Origin: an uncultured delta proteobacterium
Lineage (GTDB): Bacteria > Desulfobacterota > WTBG01 > CAIYCZ01 > CAIRTM01
Assembly: GCA_963804955.1 (NCBI GenBank)
Contig: CAWDSQ010000036.1
Location: 12,337-76,336, forward strand
DNA: 64,000 nucleotides
Reading direction: 5' to 3'
This document shows, piece by piece, positions 1-12,998 of this stretch. The translations under genes were made by a program, and so were the position numbers. The notes under the pieces are model-generated. The model was not told the DNA's origin, did no database searches, and was given only the letters and a program-made list of their open reading frames with translations. The number at the start of each line of letters is the position of its first letter. Within the stretch, counting starts at the first letter, position 1.

Positions 1-1
1 T

Positions 2-307
2 AGCGGGGTTCTCAATATGGTTTTTGAAGATGGCTGCACAATGAGCGACCTCATAGCACAGTGCTCTGCCGGAAAAAAGAATCACGGAGGTTTTGTCAGC
101 TGTGTCTCCCATCTCACCAATGAGTGGAAAAGCGCCGGGTATATCAGTGGATCGGAAAAAGGTGCGATTCAGAGCTGTGCGGCAAAATCCGATAAAGGTA
201 AGGGAGAAGGAGAGGCGGTAAGGGAGGCAAAGGTAAAAAATAACGAGCACTACAAAAGCGATACTGCAGCCCATTTAAGGCTTGCCGGTATACCTGCAGG
301 AGATTGA
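2..307 (+). CDS. 3' end of a probable secreted protein (small helical C-terminal domain); gene starts before the window
   Basis: The frame is open from the window edge. The motif GCTMSDLIAQC...NHGGFVSCVSHLTNEW...EKGAIQSCAA resembles C-terminal domains of extracellular enzymes. A terminator follows. Confidence 0.6.
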   Translation, partial: SGVLNMVFEDGCTMSDLIAQCSAGKKNHGGFVSCVSHLTNEWKSAGYISGSEKGAIQSCAAKSDKGKGEGEAVREAKVKNNEHYKSDTAAHLRLAGIPAGD

Positions 308-352
308 AAAAAACAGGCCGGATCCTTTTCTTCAGGACTGGCCTGTTTTTTA
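308..352 (+). terminator. Rho-independent terminator, likely bidirectional
   Basis: AAAAAACAGGCC...GGCCTGTTTTTT hairpin immediately after the stop codon. Confidence 0.8.
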
Positions 353-464
353 TTGCTGCCATAAAAAGCCTCCGGGCATGCGGTGACTTTTTTGGTTTTT
401 TAGTTGTCCACAGTAGGAACCGTAAGGTAAAATTCTGGGCGGGCAAGGGCGGGCACAAGATAGT

Positions 465-520
465 GAGGCTGCAGGATCAGGCGCAGCTATTTGTCATCGC
501 CTGCATCCGCCTTGTTGGTC
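465..520 (-). other. Degenerate attC-like site
   Basis: Minus strand reads GACCAAC-AAGGC-GGATGCAGGCG...CGCCTGATCC, giving L''/L' pairing with an extrahelical G. The R' GTT is missing. Confidence 0.45.
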
Positions 521-537
521 TGGACATTGTTGACTGG

Positions 538-915
538 TTAGTCTTCCTCTGAAAGAAGCCATCGCATGGCGCTTTCATAGTCCGTGTAGGCATTAATTGA
601 AAAACCCTTGTTGTGAGAGCATGTCTCAAAGAAGCTGGCGAGATTAAAGTTGACCCCCGGAAGAACAAGAAGGGCAACTTTCCTGCGAAAGGTATCACCA
701 TGATGGTACAGCTCCGCTGCAAGTTGATATACATCGGTTATCGACAAATCTGACTTTGTGTTACGGAAATCAACGAGCAACTCGTAGTCTGCCGGGGGTT
801 TACCGGACTTTGCTATATCTACGAGAAGTTGCTTGCTTGTGGCGATGTTTATAAGGCCACTAGGGGTTACCTCCATAAAATCGCTTGCGGTGATGATCTT
901 GATGTTTGTTGCCAT
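538..915 (-). CDS. Hypothetical 125-aa protein (STAS/SpoIIAA-like)
   Basis: LLVDFR...LSITDVYQLA...KVALLV...FFETCSHNKGFSINAYTDYESAMRWL pattern; compact ORF. Confidence 0.6.
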   Translation of the reverse strand: MATNIKIITASDFMEVTPSGLINIATSKQLLVDIAKSGKPPADYELLVDFRNTKSDLSITDVYQLAAELYHHGDTFRRKVALLVLPGVNFNLASFFETCSHNKGFSINAYTDYESAMRWLLSEED

Positions 916-1012
916 TTAATGCCTTCCACCTGTGATGCGCACCTTGCTCAACATACTTTCAATATAGAACACCATGCTTTTTTTTACTATCTAAATGCTC
1001 AACTTGACTGAC

Positions 1013-1149
1013 TTAATGGCGCGTATGATCAGTGGCACGCCGCTTGCGTCGGGCAACGTGCTCATAAAACCAGTTTTTTGTGCGATGCGACACATTCATT
1101 CGCACAGCCCTTGCGACGCTTTATGCCGCTGAACAGGCTGGCTGGGGCA
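1013..1149 (-). other. Second degenerate attC-like palindrome
   Basis: Minus strand GCCCCAGC...TTCAGCGGCA...GCGTCG...CGACGC...TGCCACTGATCA...ATTAAGT forms a long imperfect stem with decayed R boxes. Confidence 0.3.
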
Positions 1150-1748
1150 CTAATAATACAAGGATTTCTATACGTTTCTGTTAAAAGCCAGTCAAGTGAG
1201 AATGGTATGCGCAATCCGTATATCATGACCTTTTGGGCAAGATGGTGGAAACCGGTAACTGCCACCATGCGCCTTATCCATACAGACTGGGATACTTTAT
1301 ATGCTGCACTATCTGCTATAAAATATATTTAAATACCGTTTGCTAAAAAATGAACGGGGCGCGAACGTCTGCAGCTTCAAGTTTATATTCAGGGGCTTTC
1401 CACAGGGGGTACGACTGATTATACCGGTTATTATGTGCTTGATACGGCAACAGGAAAAATGATTGATAAATCTACCGAGGTGCATAAGCAGGGTGAATTT
1501 GACACAACCCCCAAAAACGAGCCACAGAAAAGCTGGTGATTTCGGTTTGCACCCTTTTACAAAATCGGGCTCTGGCCTATAACCCGTGTCGTCTTTGGGA
1601 TACAAGCGGCCGCCGCACAAGACGCTAAAGCGGTATGCGTACAGGAATCAAGCATGCCCATCATTCTTTGCCCGCCCCCACCGTCTTTGTCGGCGGGGGC
1701 GGAAGGAAGCTTTGCACTTCGAGCCCTTGTCTTTCCCTTTCAGGGGAG

Positions 1749-3300
1749 TTATATGCACCCAGCCTCATGTTTTGACATCTCCATCAGCCGTTCTCGGCGA
1801 TAGGCCGGCTGTTCGCGAACGGCAACCACTGCATAGGAGGCTTCCACCTTGCCTGCCGAGACGAACGGAATAAACGTGAATCCTTTTGAAGCATCGATAA
1901 ATCCGCCGAGCCGTTTATTTGACTCCGTGATGGCGCTTGTCATCCGGACTTCCGGATGCCGGGCTATTGGCTATGGCATTTTGTACCAGGGCGCTGTTGA
2001 TGGACGCGAATATCTCGGTAACGCAGTTGCGTCTGCAAAGGCTGTACGAGTAGAGCCGATTCAGGGCGGCATCATAATGTGCGGCGGCAATCTGCGCTGA
2101 CGCCAGTTCCCGCTCGCACAGCGGCTTCGCTCATATCGGGAAGCGGCAGATCGAAGCGCCGGCCCTCGCGAGACGGAAATGACGTTTCAGGGATTTTCCT
2201 CGGCAGCGTGCCTGCCGCAACAGCCTGCTCAATGTCAAGCAGCAGATTGCCGGCCCGTTCCAGGGCGGCATAATCCGCTTCACGAAAAGAGCTGCTTTTG
2301 AAAAACTCCATGCGCCAGTGATGAAAGACCTTTTGCCGATCGTTATTCATGGCGGTAATATAGCTGTCCGGGGCATCCCCCGGATTTTTTCGTTCATTGC
2401 CAATACGTGATTCCTGCCCCTTAGCTGTATGCGGAAATATGTTCAGGAAAACGAGTTGCCCGGCTTGCAGGGAGGCTTTGATGGCAGCGAGGCGGGCCAT
2501 ACCGGCCATGAACGGAACCCCCCAGTCAGGGCGCGAAGAATTGGCCAGCCTGATCAGACGCTCCTCCTGCTGTTCGGTAAAGCTCTTCAGAGCAAGCGTT
2601 TCCTGTGGTGCGAGTTTGAATGCGGCATTGCCCGATGACCAGAATGTTCCATGCCGGAGAGGCGGTGCAGCTTGCAATTGCTCCAGAGCTGACAGCGCTG
2701 ACAGCGCATCGTAGAACCGGGTAGAAGGGCCGGGTTGATGTCCGGGATAGGCATCCCGTGATATGCCCGCCACCGGCGGTTCCACCGCCCGTAAGGACAA
2801 TGTCCTGATGCGTGCCCTGGTTTGGGCAATCCGCTCTTCAATGAATCGCTCACCGTACGTGGCCAGTATTCTGTCACGCAGTAAAACCAGTGCCGGTGGA
2901 GCGGCGGCACTGCCGCTGCGGTGCTGCTTATCCCGGCTGTTTCGGTTCGCGCTCTGCTCCGGGCCGTCAGGTGACAAAATATCCAAGTCCCTTGATGGGC
3001 AATGAGACTTCGGCTGTTCTGCGATCCACAGCCTGATGCCGCTGAAGCACTAGCTCAAAGAGCGCTATATCCCGGCGCAGTTCATCACGCAGCGCCAACT
3101 GTGCATCCTGAATCAGGCACAGCCGGGTCAGAGCGTCAAGCAGGAGCGTGTAGGTTTCACCGGTTACAGCGATCAGGCTTTCACGGAGAGTCCGATTGCC
3201 GAGCTTGGTATATATATGATCGAATGCAGCGGAGTCGAGACGATGTGATTCTGATTATGCCGGAGTTTTCGTGCTGGAAGTGAAATGTCTGATCACTAAC
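1749..3300 (-). pseudogene. Fragmented, apparently truncated hypothetical protein gene
   Basis: Protein-like segments switch frame several times (DQTFHFQHENSG, HRLDSAAFDHIYTKLGNRTL, ORF 2072-2986, LYSYSLCRRNCVTEIF, ORF 1749-1943). No clear start codon. Confidence 0.5.
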
Positions 3301-3392
3301 GAAGGCAGGTGCGTTGATGAATCCTGAAGATGAAAGGATGGTAAATTCGGGAGGTTGTTGGCAAAGTATGCAAAACAGATTTTGTAATATCT

Positions 3393-4928
<1,536 letters not shown>

Positions 4929-5217
4929 ATTAAAAGCTCAAATATATAGTTAGCGTAATAAATTAAAAAAAATATAACCAAATTGTCATGAAGATGTCAA
5001 ACGTAAATGGCTATTGAACTAAAAAAGTGTTAAAAATCTTCGTATACGGTCGGGGATATGAAGACGAGGTCACCCCTTCGGGGATAGCCTGGGTGCAAAA
5101 TGGATAATGAAGGGATTCAAAATTTTTAACCCCTGCGAGGGACAGACCTACACAAGGCAGATATCCGCAGAGGCGGGTCTGCTCTTACGGTGCAAACGAT
5201 ATAAAAAATAACAATAC

Positions 5218-8200
5218 ATGAGCGAACCTGCGTGTTCTGCCCTGAATCCTGAAACAGCCATGTCTCTTCTTTTTTCTAAATTTTTCGGTGCGAACCAGCC
5301 TGGAACTCAGCTGCTTGAGGCAATACAGTCGGGCGAGGGCGAGGTGTATGCCGTGGGGCTCAAGGGCTCGGCGCCCGCGCTTGTCACCTCGCTGCTGTTT
5401 GATCTTTTAAAGAAGCATATTCTTTTTGTCACCCCCTCTGTCGAGGAAGCTCAGGAGCTGTTTGATGAGCTTCTTTTCTATCGCAACCGCGCAGCGCAGC
5501 CCGATGACATGCGCGGCTCCGAGATTCTGTTGTTTCCGCCCCTTGAGACGCAGGCATACGAAGACGTGCTCAGCCACTGCGATGTGAATGCCCAGCGGCT
5601 CTGGACCCTCTACCGCCTGTGCGACTCCGACACTCCCTGCATCGTCGTCACAACGGCCCGGGCCCTGCTGCAGAAAATTCTGCCTTCTGAAACGCTTATC
5701 AGCGGCTGCCGTACCGTCGGGCAGGGACAGGAGATCGATCGCGACAGCCTGTGCTCCGACCTTATACAGTGCGGCTATACGCGCGTGAGCGTTGTCGAAG
5801 ACCGCGGCGATTTTTCCATTCGCGGCGAGGTGATGGACATTTTTCCGCCGGGCTGCCCCCTGCCCGTGCGCCTTGATTTTTTCGGCGATATGATCGAGTC
5901 GATGAAGTTTTTCGACCCGCAGACGCAGCGGTCAAAAGACGAGCTGCGTCAGGTGACGCTCGTGCCCGTGCGCGAGGTGCTGCTGACGCGGGACGTGCTC
6001 GACGACCTGGCGCTGCGCGCCGCTGAGCCGCCCCTTGCCGATATTTTTTCCCGCAGCAAGGGCAGGATGTTTTTTGACAATATCCAGAACGGCCTTTTGC
6101 CCGCAGGGGTTGAGTACTGCCTCTCCTTTGTCTACCCGCAGCTTGCGACCCTTTTTGATTACCTGCCATCCTCTGTCGTTACTTTCTGGAGCGAGCGCAG
6201 GGTGATTGAAGACGCCATGGCCGAGCTTGCCGCCGAGGCGGCAGAGCATTATGAAGCCGCGTGCAACGAGCGGCGGGTTGTGGCGCCGCCGGAAGAGCTT
6301 TTTGTGCAGGCTGCTGAGCCCGGCAGCCTGCCTGCGGCTGTGCAGAAAGTGTTTCTGCAGGGCTGGGACATCGAGCGCCGAGACCAGTGCCGCGTGAGCT
6401 TCAGCGCCCGTTCAAACGAAGACATTCGCAAGGAGATGCTGTCCTTTGATACGCAGGCCGGCGCGCTTTCTTCGCTTGCGCAGAAGATTGAAAAGTGGCT
6501 TGGCGACGGCGTGCAGGTGGTGCTGCTCTGCCACACCAAAAGCCAGTGCGAGCGGCTGGGAAGCCTGCTTGCCGACTATGAGCTTGAGACATCTATCACC
6601 CTTGACCGGACATTTTCCGATGTGGCGGGCGAAGCAGCAGGCGGCCGCGTGGAAATCTGTACCGGCAGGCTTTCCCGCGGGTTCCGCTATGCGGACGGGC
6701 TGCTGGTTCTGATCACCGAAGAGGAGATATTCGGCCAGAAGCGCAAGCGCGTGGCGGTGAAGCGCTACAGGGAAGGCACGGCTATATCCGACTTCAGCGA
6801 CCTGAAGGAAGGTGATCTTATCGTCCACCGCGACAATGGCATCGGCCTTTACACGGGCTTTAAAACCCTTGAGGCCGGCGGCATGCGCGCCGATTATCTG
6901 CAGCTCGAGTACCAGGGCGGCGACAAGCTGTACCTGCCCGTTGACCGCATAAACCTTATCAATAAATATGAAAACGCCGACGACGGCCAGCCCCGGCTTG
7001 ACAGGCTCGGGGGTACGACCTGGGCCCGAACCACGCGCAAGGTGCGCGAGTCTATAGAAAAAATCGCCCGCGACCTGATCGAGCTCTATTCGGCGCGTAA
7101 AGTTTTCAGGGGCCATGCGTTCAACCCTCCCGATCATACCTATCGCGAGTTTGAAGCGGCATTTCCCTATGAGGAAACACCCGATCAGCTTGCGGCCATC
7201 GGCGATGTCATGGATGATATGACCCGTCCCATGCCCATGGACCGCCTCATTTGCGGCGATGTGGGCTACGGAAAAACCGAGGTGGCCCTGCGCGCGGCAT
7301 TTCGCTGCGCCATGGAGGGCAAGCAGGTGGCGGTGCTTGTGCCCACGACCGTCCTGGCCCAGCAGCACTACCAGAATTTTTGCGAGCGCTTCCGGCAGTA
7401 TCCCATCAAGGTCGATATACTGAGCCGCTTCCGCTCCGCGCGCGACCAGAAGCTTATCATACAGGACCTTGCCGCCGGCAGGGTCGATGTGATCATCGGC
7501 ACGCACCGCATCGTGCAGAAGGATATCGTGTTCCGCGAACTGGGACTCATCGTCATCGACGAGGAGCACCGCTTCGGCGTGAAGCACAAGGAGCAGCTCA
7601 AGAAGCTGCGCTCATCGGTCGACGTGCTGACGCTCACCGCGACGCCCATACCGCGCACGCTGCAGATGTCGCTGTTCGGCATACGCGACTTTTCCATCAT
7701 CGAAACGCCCCCCGAAGACCGGCTCTCCATCCGCACCACCATTACGCATTTCGACGAGATGATCATCCGCGACGCAATCCTGCGGGAGCTCAAGCGCGGC
7801 GGCCAGACATTTTTTGTCCATGACCGTGTCCGCTCGATTCATGCCATGGCGGGCTATCTGCGCAAGCTTCTGCCCGAGGCTCGCCTCGGGGTGGCGCACG
7901 GCCAGATGAACGAGCGCGAGCTTGAAAGCATTATGATGCAGTTCATCCGCAAGGAGGTAGACCTGCTCGTGTGCACCACCATCATCGAATCGGGCCTTGA
8001 TTTCCCCACGGCAAACACCATTATCATCAATAATGCCCACCGCCTGGGCCTTGCCCAGATGTATCAGCTCCGGGGCCGCGTGGGCCGCGGCAAGATCCGG
8101 GCCTATGCCTATATGCTTGTTCCCGGCTCCAACACCATGAGCCCCCTTGCGCAGAAGCGGCTTGAGGCGCTGTCCGAGTTTACCGAGCTGGGGTCCGGCT

Positions 8201-8781
8201 ACCGTCTTGCCACGCGCGACTTGCAGATTCGCGGCGCAGGTAATATACTGGGGCATTCGCAGTCGGGCCAGATTGAGTCGGTGGGCATGGATATGTATCT
8301 TGATCTGCTCAGCCAGGCTATTGCCCAGCTCCGGGGCGAGAAGATTGCGCCGAAGGTGGAGCCCGAGGTGAACATCAATCTCCAGGCCTATCTGCCCGAG
8401 GATTATGTTGAAGATGTGAACCAGCGGCTGGTACTGTACCGCCGCATAGCATCGGTTGTAACCGATGCCGATGCCGACGATATCGAGCTGGAGCTTGCCG
8501 ACCGGTTCGGCCGGCTGCCGCCGGAGGTAGAGATGCTGCTGGATGTGGCGCGCACCAAAAACGTGCTGCGCGAGAATCTGATACTCTCGGTTGACTTTGC
8601 CGACCGGCAGCTCATGTTTGCCTTTCACGAAGATGCTGAAAAGTCGCTGGAAAAGATTCTGGGCCTTGTTGCCGCCGACACCAGGCGCTTCCGCTTTACC
8701 CCCGATCTCAAGCTCTATGCCCGCTGCCCCGCGCCGCCCGGCCGCGAGCTTTTGCAGGAGATCAGGAAGATTTTTGCCTGA
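5218..8781 (+). CDS. mfd: Transcription-repair coupling factor (start may be 5260)
   Basis: UvrB-like N-terminus, CarD-like RID, GDVGYGKTEVA, DEEHRFG, TATPIPRT, QLRGRVGR, TRCF C-terminus. Confidence 0.98.
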   Translation: MSEPACSALNPETAMSLLFSKFFGANQPGTQLLEAIQSGEGEVYAVGLKGSAPALVTSLLFDLLKKHILFVTPSVEEAQELFDELLFYRNRAAQPDDMRGSEILLFPPLETQAYEDVLSHCDVNAQRLWTLYRLCDSDTPCIVVTTARALLQKILPSETLISGCRTVGQGQEIDRDSLCSDLIQCGYTRVSVVEDRGDFSIRGEVMDIFPPGCPLPVRLDFFGDMIESMKFFDPQTQRSKDELRQVTLVPVREVLLTRDVLDDLALRAAEPPLADIFSRSKGRMFFDNIQNGLLPAGVEYCLSFVYPQLATLFDYLPSSVVTFWSERRVIEDAMAELAAEAAEHYEAACNERRVVAPPEELFVQAAEPGSLPAAVQKVFLQGWDIERRDQCRVSFSARSNEDIRKEMLSFDTQAGALSSLAQKIEKWLGDGVQVVLLCHTKSQCERLGSLLADYELETSITLDRTFSDVAGEAAGGRVEICTGRLSRGFRYADGLLVLITEEEIFGQKRKRVAVKRYREGTAISDFSDLKEGDLIVHRDNGIGLYTGFKTLEAGGMRADYLQLEYQGGDKLYLPVDRINLINKYENADDGQPRLDRLGGTTWARTTRKVRESIEKIARDLIELYSARKVFRGHAFNPPDHTYREFEAAFPYEETPDQLAAIGDVMDDMTRPMPMDRLICGDVGYGKTEVALRAAFRCAMEGKQVAVLVPTTVLAQQHYQNFCERFRQYPIKVDILSRFRSARDQKLIIQDLAAGRVDVIIGTHRIVQKDIVFRELGLIVIDEEHRFGVKHKEQLKKLRSSVDVLTLTATPIPRTLQMSLFGIRDFSIIETPPEDRLSIRTTITHFDEMIIRDAILRELKRGGQTFFVHDRVRSIHAMAGYLRKLLPEARLGVAHGQMNERELESIMMQFIRKEVDLLVCTTIIESGLDFPTANTIIINNAHRLGLAQMYQLRGRVGRGKIRAYAYMLVPGSNTMSPLAQKRLEALSEFTELGSGYRLATRDLQIRGAGNILGHSQSGQIESVGMDMYLDLLSQAIAQLRGEKIAPKVEPEVNINLQAYLPEDYVEDVNQRLVLYRRIASVVTDADADDIELELADRFGRLPPEVEMLLDVARTKNVLRENLILSVDFADRQLMFAFHEDAEKSLEKILGLVAADTRRFRFTPDLKLYARCPAPPGRELLQEIRKIFA

Positions 8782-8896
8782 CGCGGACCTGCGGAGAGGT
8801 CGTTTCCACCTGCCGCCTGCCGGTTAAACTGCGTCTTGACAGGGAATTGAATAGCGCATTATATATAGGGCGGAACCACGGCAGCTTACTCTATCA

Positions 8897-9685
8897 ATGG
8901 GAGCATTCATGACACCAATCCGCCACGGTACAACAGGCTTCAGCATACTGCTGCTTATGGCTGCGCTGCTGCTCGCCCCCGGTTGCGGCAACCCGGAAAA
9001 GGAGTACTATATCGGCGGCGGGTTGAAGACGGAGTTTACCTATAACAGCCGCGGGCAGGTGCATGGCGCGATCAAACACTATGCTGAAGGGGGCAGGCTG
9101 CTGAGGGTTGAAACATGGAAGGACGGCAGGAAGGATGGCGTCACCATGACCTATGGCGATAAGGGCCAGATTCTGAGCACCGTCATATTTAAAGACGGCA
9201 GGGAACACGATCTTTCCACAGGCTTTTACGATAATGGCAGCATTGAAATCGAATGCATCTATAATAAAGGCCTTCTTGAAGGCCCTTATAAAAAGCGGTA
9301 CCAAAACGGCGTTACCGCCGCGGAAGTTTTGTACGTACATGATGAAAAAGAGGGGCCTGAAACTCTGTATTACAAAAGCGGCATTCCCAAACGGAGCTCT
9401 TACTACCGGGCGGGGCTGCTGGAAACCGCGGTCATAGAGTTTTATGAAAGCGGAGCGGTGCGGCTGGTGGAAAATTACCGCAAGGACAAAAAAGACGGCA
9501 TTGCCAAAGAATACTTCGAGAGCGGAAAGCTGAAAGCCCAGCGGCTGTACCGCAGGGGGGAAAATATCGCTTCCATAGAGTATGATGCATCCGGCCGGGT
9601 TATCAGCAGCACGGAAGAGAAAAAAGATTTCGATTTTCTTAAAAGCATACCGCGCCTGGAGCCTCTGCTGGAGTGGGCGCATTAG
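8897..9685 (+). CDS. MORN-variant repeat lipoprotein (YwqK-like)
   Basis: Lipobox-like LLAPGC; repeated Y/F-x-x-G ... Y-x-x-G-x-x-x-G units. Confidence 0.8.
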   Translation: MGAFMTPIRHGTTGFSILLLMAALLLAPGCGNPEKEYYIGGGLKTEFTYNSRGQVHGAIKHYAEGGRLLRVETWKDGRKDGVTMTYGDKGQILSTVIFKDGREHDLSTGFYDNGSIEIECIYNKGLLEGPYKKRYQNGVTAAEVLYVHDEKEGPETLYYKSGIPKRSSYYRAGLLETAVIEFYESGAVRLVENYRKDKKDGIAKEYFESGKLKAQRLYRRGENIASIEYDASGRVISSTEEKKDFDFLKSIPRLEPLLEWAH

Positions 9686-9778
9686 AGAACCTGCCGGGCG
9701 CAACGGCATTGTGATGGGTTTCATCCGCCGTGGCGGACTGCACCCATTCAAAAGTCTGTGCCGATAATGGATTGTGAA

Positions 9779-9806
9779 GTAGGGGTTCAAAATTTTGAAC
9801 CCCTAC
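9779..9806. repeat. GTAG-type REP-like perfect palindrome between convergent genes
   Basis: GTAGGGGTTCAAAATTTTGAACCCCTAC; degenerate copy near 5111-5137. Confidence 0.75.
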
Positions 9807-9850
9807 GTGCATTTTAAGCCCTTACAAAGGCCATCGTAAAAAACCGCGTG

Positions 9851-12800
9851 TCATTTCACAGCGGCAACGGGTATAAGGGAAGCGCTCTGCGCTTCGGGCT
9901 CGATGCCGTTGATGAGCGGCATGAGTTTGGGGGCAAGGCTTTTCAGCACCTGCACGGGAAGGGAACTGGTGAAGGAATAGCCTGCCGCCTGCTGCCCCGG
10001 CACATAGGCTGTGAGCGTGCCGAAAAACCGCTCGCCAATGAAGAAAACAAAGGTGGCCGTTCTGTTGATGGCGGTTGAGCGCACGAGGTCGCCTGCGGCA
10101 TTATACACGTCGAAGCGGTTGTCGCCCGTGCCGGTCTTGCCGCCCACATCGATAGTGGCGCCGTCGGGCCGCGTGAAGGCTTTGGCGATGCGTATTGCCG
10201 TGCCCCGTTCGACCACGCCGAGAAGCTCCCGGCGGGCGACCCGGGCCACCTCCGGCTTCATGACCTGTTCGGCCCGGCTGGTCGCGGGCCTGAGAACGGT
10301 TTCATAGGGCGTGCCCGCGGCAAAGTGCATTTTTTCTATGCGCAGGCCGGGGGCGTAGACGCCGTTGTTCACCAGAATGCCCACCAGCTCGGCAAGGGCT
10401 GCGGGCCGGTCGGCAGAGCTGCCGATGGATGTGGCATAGGAGGGCACGAGCGAGTCGAAAGGGTACCCGAGGCGCTTCCACATGCGGTGTATTTCCTGGA
10501 ACGCCTCGTTTTCCATTACCATCTGAATTCGCGAGTTCTGGGCGGACTTGTGCTGTGTTTTAAACAGCCAGGTGTATACCTGCTGGCGCTCCTTCGCGCT
10601 GTCGCGGATGGTTTCGGCCTGGTTTGCTCCCGGATGGTCCCGCAGATAGGCAACGGTCCAAAGCTCCAGCGGGTGAACATGGGCCAGGAACCCGCGGTCG
10701 ACAAGCGAAAAGGAGCTGACTGCATATTTATTGTAGAGCCTTCGCAGGGTCTGGCCCGACAGCTCCGAGTTGGGCAGGTTGCTTTTAACAAAGGCGCTGA
10801 ATTCCTTCAGCCCTTTTTCCGGCATGATGGAGCGGTAGATGACGGTAAGCCTCACGGGCGCCGGCACAATGCCGCCCACCAGCGTTTTGAGGGCTTCATC
10901 GGCGCTCTTGCCCTTGTATTTTCCATAAAAGCGCGACAGGTATTTCTGGCCTTCCGTGTCGGCGAATTTGGCAAGATACTGCCTGCGGGCAGGGCCGGCA
11001 TCGGCGCCGCGGGGCCCCCAGGTCGACTCATGGCGCTGTACGATGAAGTAGCGAACGATATCGCGCATCATGCGGATGAAAACAAGGTTTACCGACTGCC
11101 GCAGCGCTTCGCGCACGGTCAGGATCTGGTCGTTGTCTTCAGGCTTGAAGTTTGAAAACGTGTGCAGGCCGCCGCCGGTAAAAAACGACTCTCCGGGATC
11201 GGCCGAATATGTGCGCTCCATGGCGGCATCGAGCATTGCCGGCAGCGAGCGGTCGGCCGTGCCGGCAAGATAGAGTATGGCCCACCGCGACAGAGGGTCA
11301 AGAGGGTATATGTCCAGCGCTTCAAGGTCCTGCACGGTGCGGCCGGCCAGCTGCTCGTGCAGCTCGCCGACTATTTCCAGATAGGTTACCAGGGTTCGCA
11401 GCTTTGCCGTTGACCCGAGCTCGAGTTTGATGCCCTCATTGATGTTCAGCGGCTGATCATTGGTATCGGTCATGATGCGCAGAAGGTTTGCCTGCTCGCC
11501 GCGCTCGTACAGGGTGAAGCTGTAGACGATCTTTGACGGGTCTTCATTGGTGAGCAGATGAAACCCGTACAGGCCCGACTGGCGGGCGAAGGCCGGCTCC
11601 TTCAGCTTATGCAGGGTCCAGGTGATCTCTTCCTGAACCTTTGCGTCAAGGGTGCCTGAAACGGTCAGGTCGAGGCGGTCAAGCTCATAGAGCTTCGGCA
11701 CATCAAGCATTGCCATGAGCTTGGTGCGCACGGCGTTAGCGGGCTTGCGCTCCAAAAACGATCCCTCGTACTGCACGGGCAGGGTCCGCCGGATGCGCAG
11801 GGGCGCGCGCAGGGCCGCGTCGCGCTCAAACGGCGTGATGATGCCCTGCGCCTCAAGCACCCGCACATAGCCGCAGGTCTGCTCCTCAAGCGAATCGATG
11901 CGCTTCAGCAGATAGCGGCCGGGCCTTCGCTGGGCGATGAACAGGCTGAGCATCTGCTTGAACGCCCGGGCCCACGGCTCCAGGTTCCTGTCATCGGCTG
12001 ACCGGGGCCGCCTGGGCAAGCGTGCGGTTCACGGCTTCGAAATCAGCGCCGTACCAGGCCCAGAGCCCGTCGCCGATGCCGATAATTTCGCCGTAGCCGG
12101 GATAGGCTCCCAGGGGGATGGAATTGATATAGTCCAGTATGATGCCCATTTGCGCTTCAAGCGTGTTCGGGCCGTTCATGTAGGACTGCAGGGATGCCGA
12201 GGCCATCTGCACCATCTTCTCCCGGGTTGAGCTGGTGCGGCCTTCCGGCGAATGGCGGTACTTTTCGATCTGCGTGGCCAGGGTGCTGCCGCCGGGGCCG
12301 CGGCCCCCGCCCGTGGCCTTGTTGATGCCGCGCTCGATCAGGGCCCTTCCCAGGCGGGTCCAGTCGACAGCAGGGTTTTTGAAGGGGTAGCGCGGGTCAA
12401 GCAGGTCGCGGTTTTCGATAAATACAAGGCTTTTGACGAGAATTTCCGGGATGGCCTCAAAATTTGCATAGGCATGCACAGGGTAGGTCATGTCAAAAAG
12501 CGTTTGCCCGCGGCGGTCATAAATTTCCAGGCCGGCCTGCGTTTTTTCACGATAGGGCGGGAAAATGCCCAGATCGCAGAGCCGCATAAGCTCAGGGGAA
12601 AAGCGCGCCTGGGTCTCCACCGCATAGCCTTTTTCTTCAGCGCGCCGGATGAAGGCGGGAAGATCGACATAGCCGCGCCGCTGGTCCGAAGGCCCGGCTT
12701 TGGGATAGCTGATGGCATCGCTCGGGCCGGGCGCCGTCCAGAAGGTGAGCTTCTGCACAAGGGTTGAAAAATACTTTGCCTGCAGCTCGGAGGACCGCTC

Positions 12801-12923
12801 CTCCATGGCCGCAAGCAGAATTACGCACAGCCACAGGGCAATAAGCAGTGCGTTCATAATAAAACGCAGCAGCCATGGCTGCCGCGGGGGCTTTTTTATT
12901 GTTTCCTGACTCTTCTGATCCAT
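9851..12923 (-). CDS. Bifunctional transglycosylase/transpeptidase penicillin-binding protein (frameshift near 12000)
   Basis: N-terminal TM; GT51 motifs IENR and GGSTLATQIEK; transpeptidase STAK, SVN and KTGT; split across ORFs 11991-12923 and 9851-12019. Confidence 0.88.
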
Positions 12924-12998
12924 GCACTTGTAATATGGTAGGGGCCTAATGAAGTCAAGTGTATTTTAGATTTTGAATCCGTATCCAAAATTAAAAAT

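Noticed and set aside
1575..1640. Third attC-like palindrome
   Set aside because: Pairing is too short and the R/L boxes are not convincing.
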